NCBI GenBank assembly: GCA_965218095.1
Contig: OZ244587.1
Coordinates: forward strand, 3,648,001-3,712,000
From: Candidatus Poribacteria bacterium
Lineage (GTDB): Bacteria; Poribacteria; WGA-4E; PCPOR2b
DNA: 64,000 bases
Reading direction: 5' to 3'
Position numbers and translations under genes: made by a program. The first letter of the stretch is position 1. Each line of letters begins with the position of its first letter. This document shows positions 63,754 through 64,000 of the stretch, in pieces. Below the pieces are notes generated by a model that was not told the origin of the DNA, did no database searches, and saw only the letters and a list, made by a program, of their open reading frames with translations.

Positions 63754-64000
63754 TTATGCCTTCCTTTCTTTGATTTGGATGCCTGAGGTGGCGCCAATAA
63801 TGACCTTATCGGCTCGATTGACAAAAAGTCCGTTTGCAACGATACCGGGGATATTATTGATGGTTGGCTTCGTCTGTGCCGGGTCGGGAATGCTATCAAA
63901 AAAGCAGTCGAGAATATAGTTCCCGTTATCGCTGACAAAGGGCACATCACCGACGAGGCGCAGAGTTGATTGTCGGCAGATTCGATTAAGCGCTAGTTGA
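63754..64000 (-). CDS. rpiA: ribose-5-phosphate isomerase A, C-terminal part (runs off window end)
   Basis: PFVSDNGNYILDC...IPGIVANGLF. Confidence 0.88.
   Translation of the reverse strand, partial: QLALNRICRQSTLRLVGDVPFVSDNGNYILDCFFDSIPDPAQTKPTINNIPGIVANGLFVNRADKVIIGATSGIQIKERKA

Noticed and set aside
1-64000. tRNA, rRNA, prophage, integrase or cas genes
   Set aside because: None recognised by eye; tRNAscan-SE or Rfam could still find small RNAs.

Overview
Bacterial chromosomal segment. Gene content (several Gfo/Idh/MocA and enolase-superfamily enzymes, PhyH, vWA, planctomycete-type cytochrome c/WD40) suggests a Candidatus Poribacteria-like organism; this is inference only. It holds housekeeping and catabolic genes (pyrB, pyrK, pyrD, phhB, rpiA, a selenocysteine formate dehydrogenase, an NMT1-type ABC transporter, a K+ channel, an SLC12-like transporter). 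These sit among many pseudogenes, IS elements (four IS5/IS427-type, one IS982, three copies of two related DDE elements with 8-bp TSDs) and small MITE/REP-like repeats. Most notable: (1) a head-to-head heterodimer of two different IS elements that inserted as one unit; (2) a 92-93 bp MITE family adding exactly 99 nt, one copy in-frame in an AI-2E transporter that also carries a beta-propeller; (3) a solitary CRISPR-like repeat with candidate leader, promoter and terminator but no cas genes; (4) an orphan PglZ; (5) unusual fusions (RelA-RIS + DUF2250, PyrB + PyrI Zn domain, YceI + DUF3299). Family assignments come from motif recognition by eye, not database searches.
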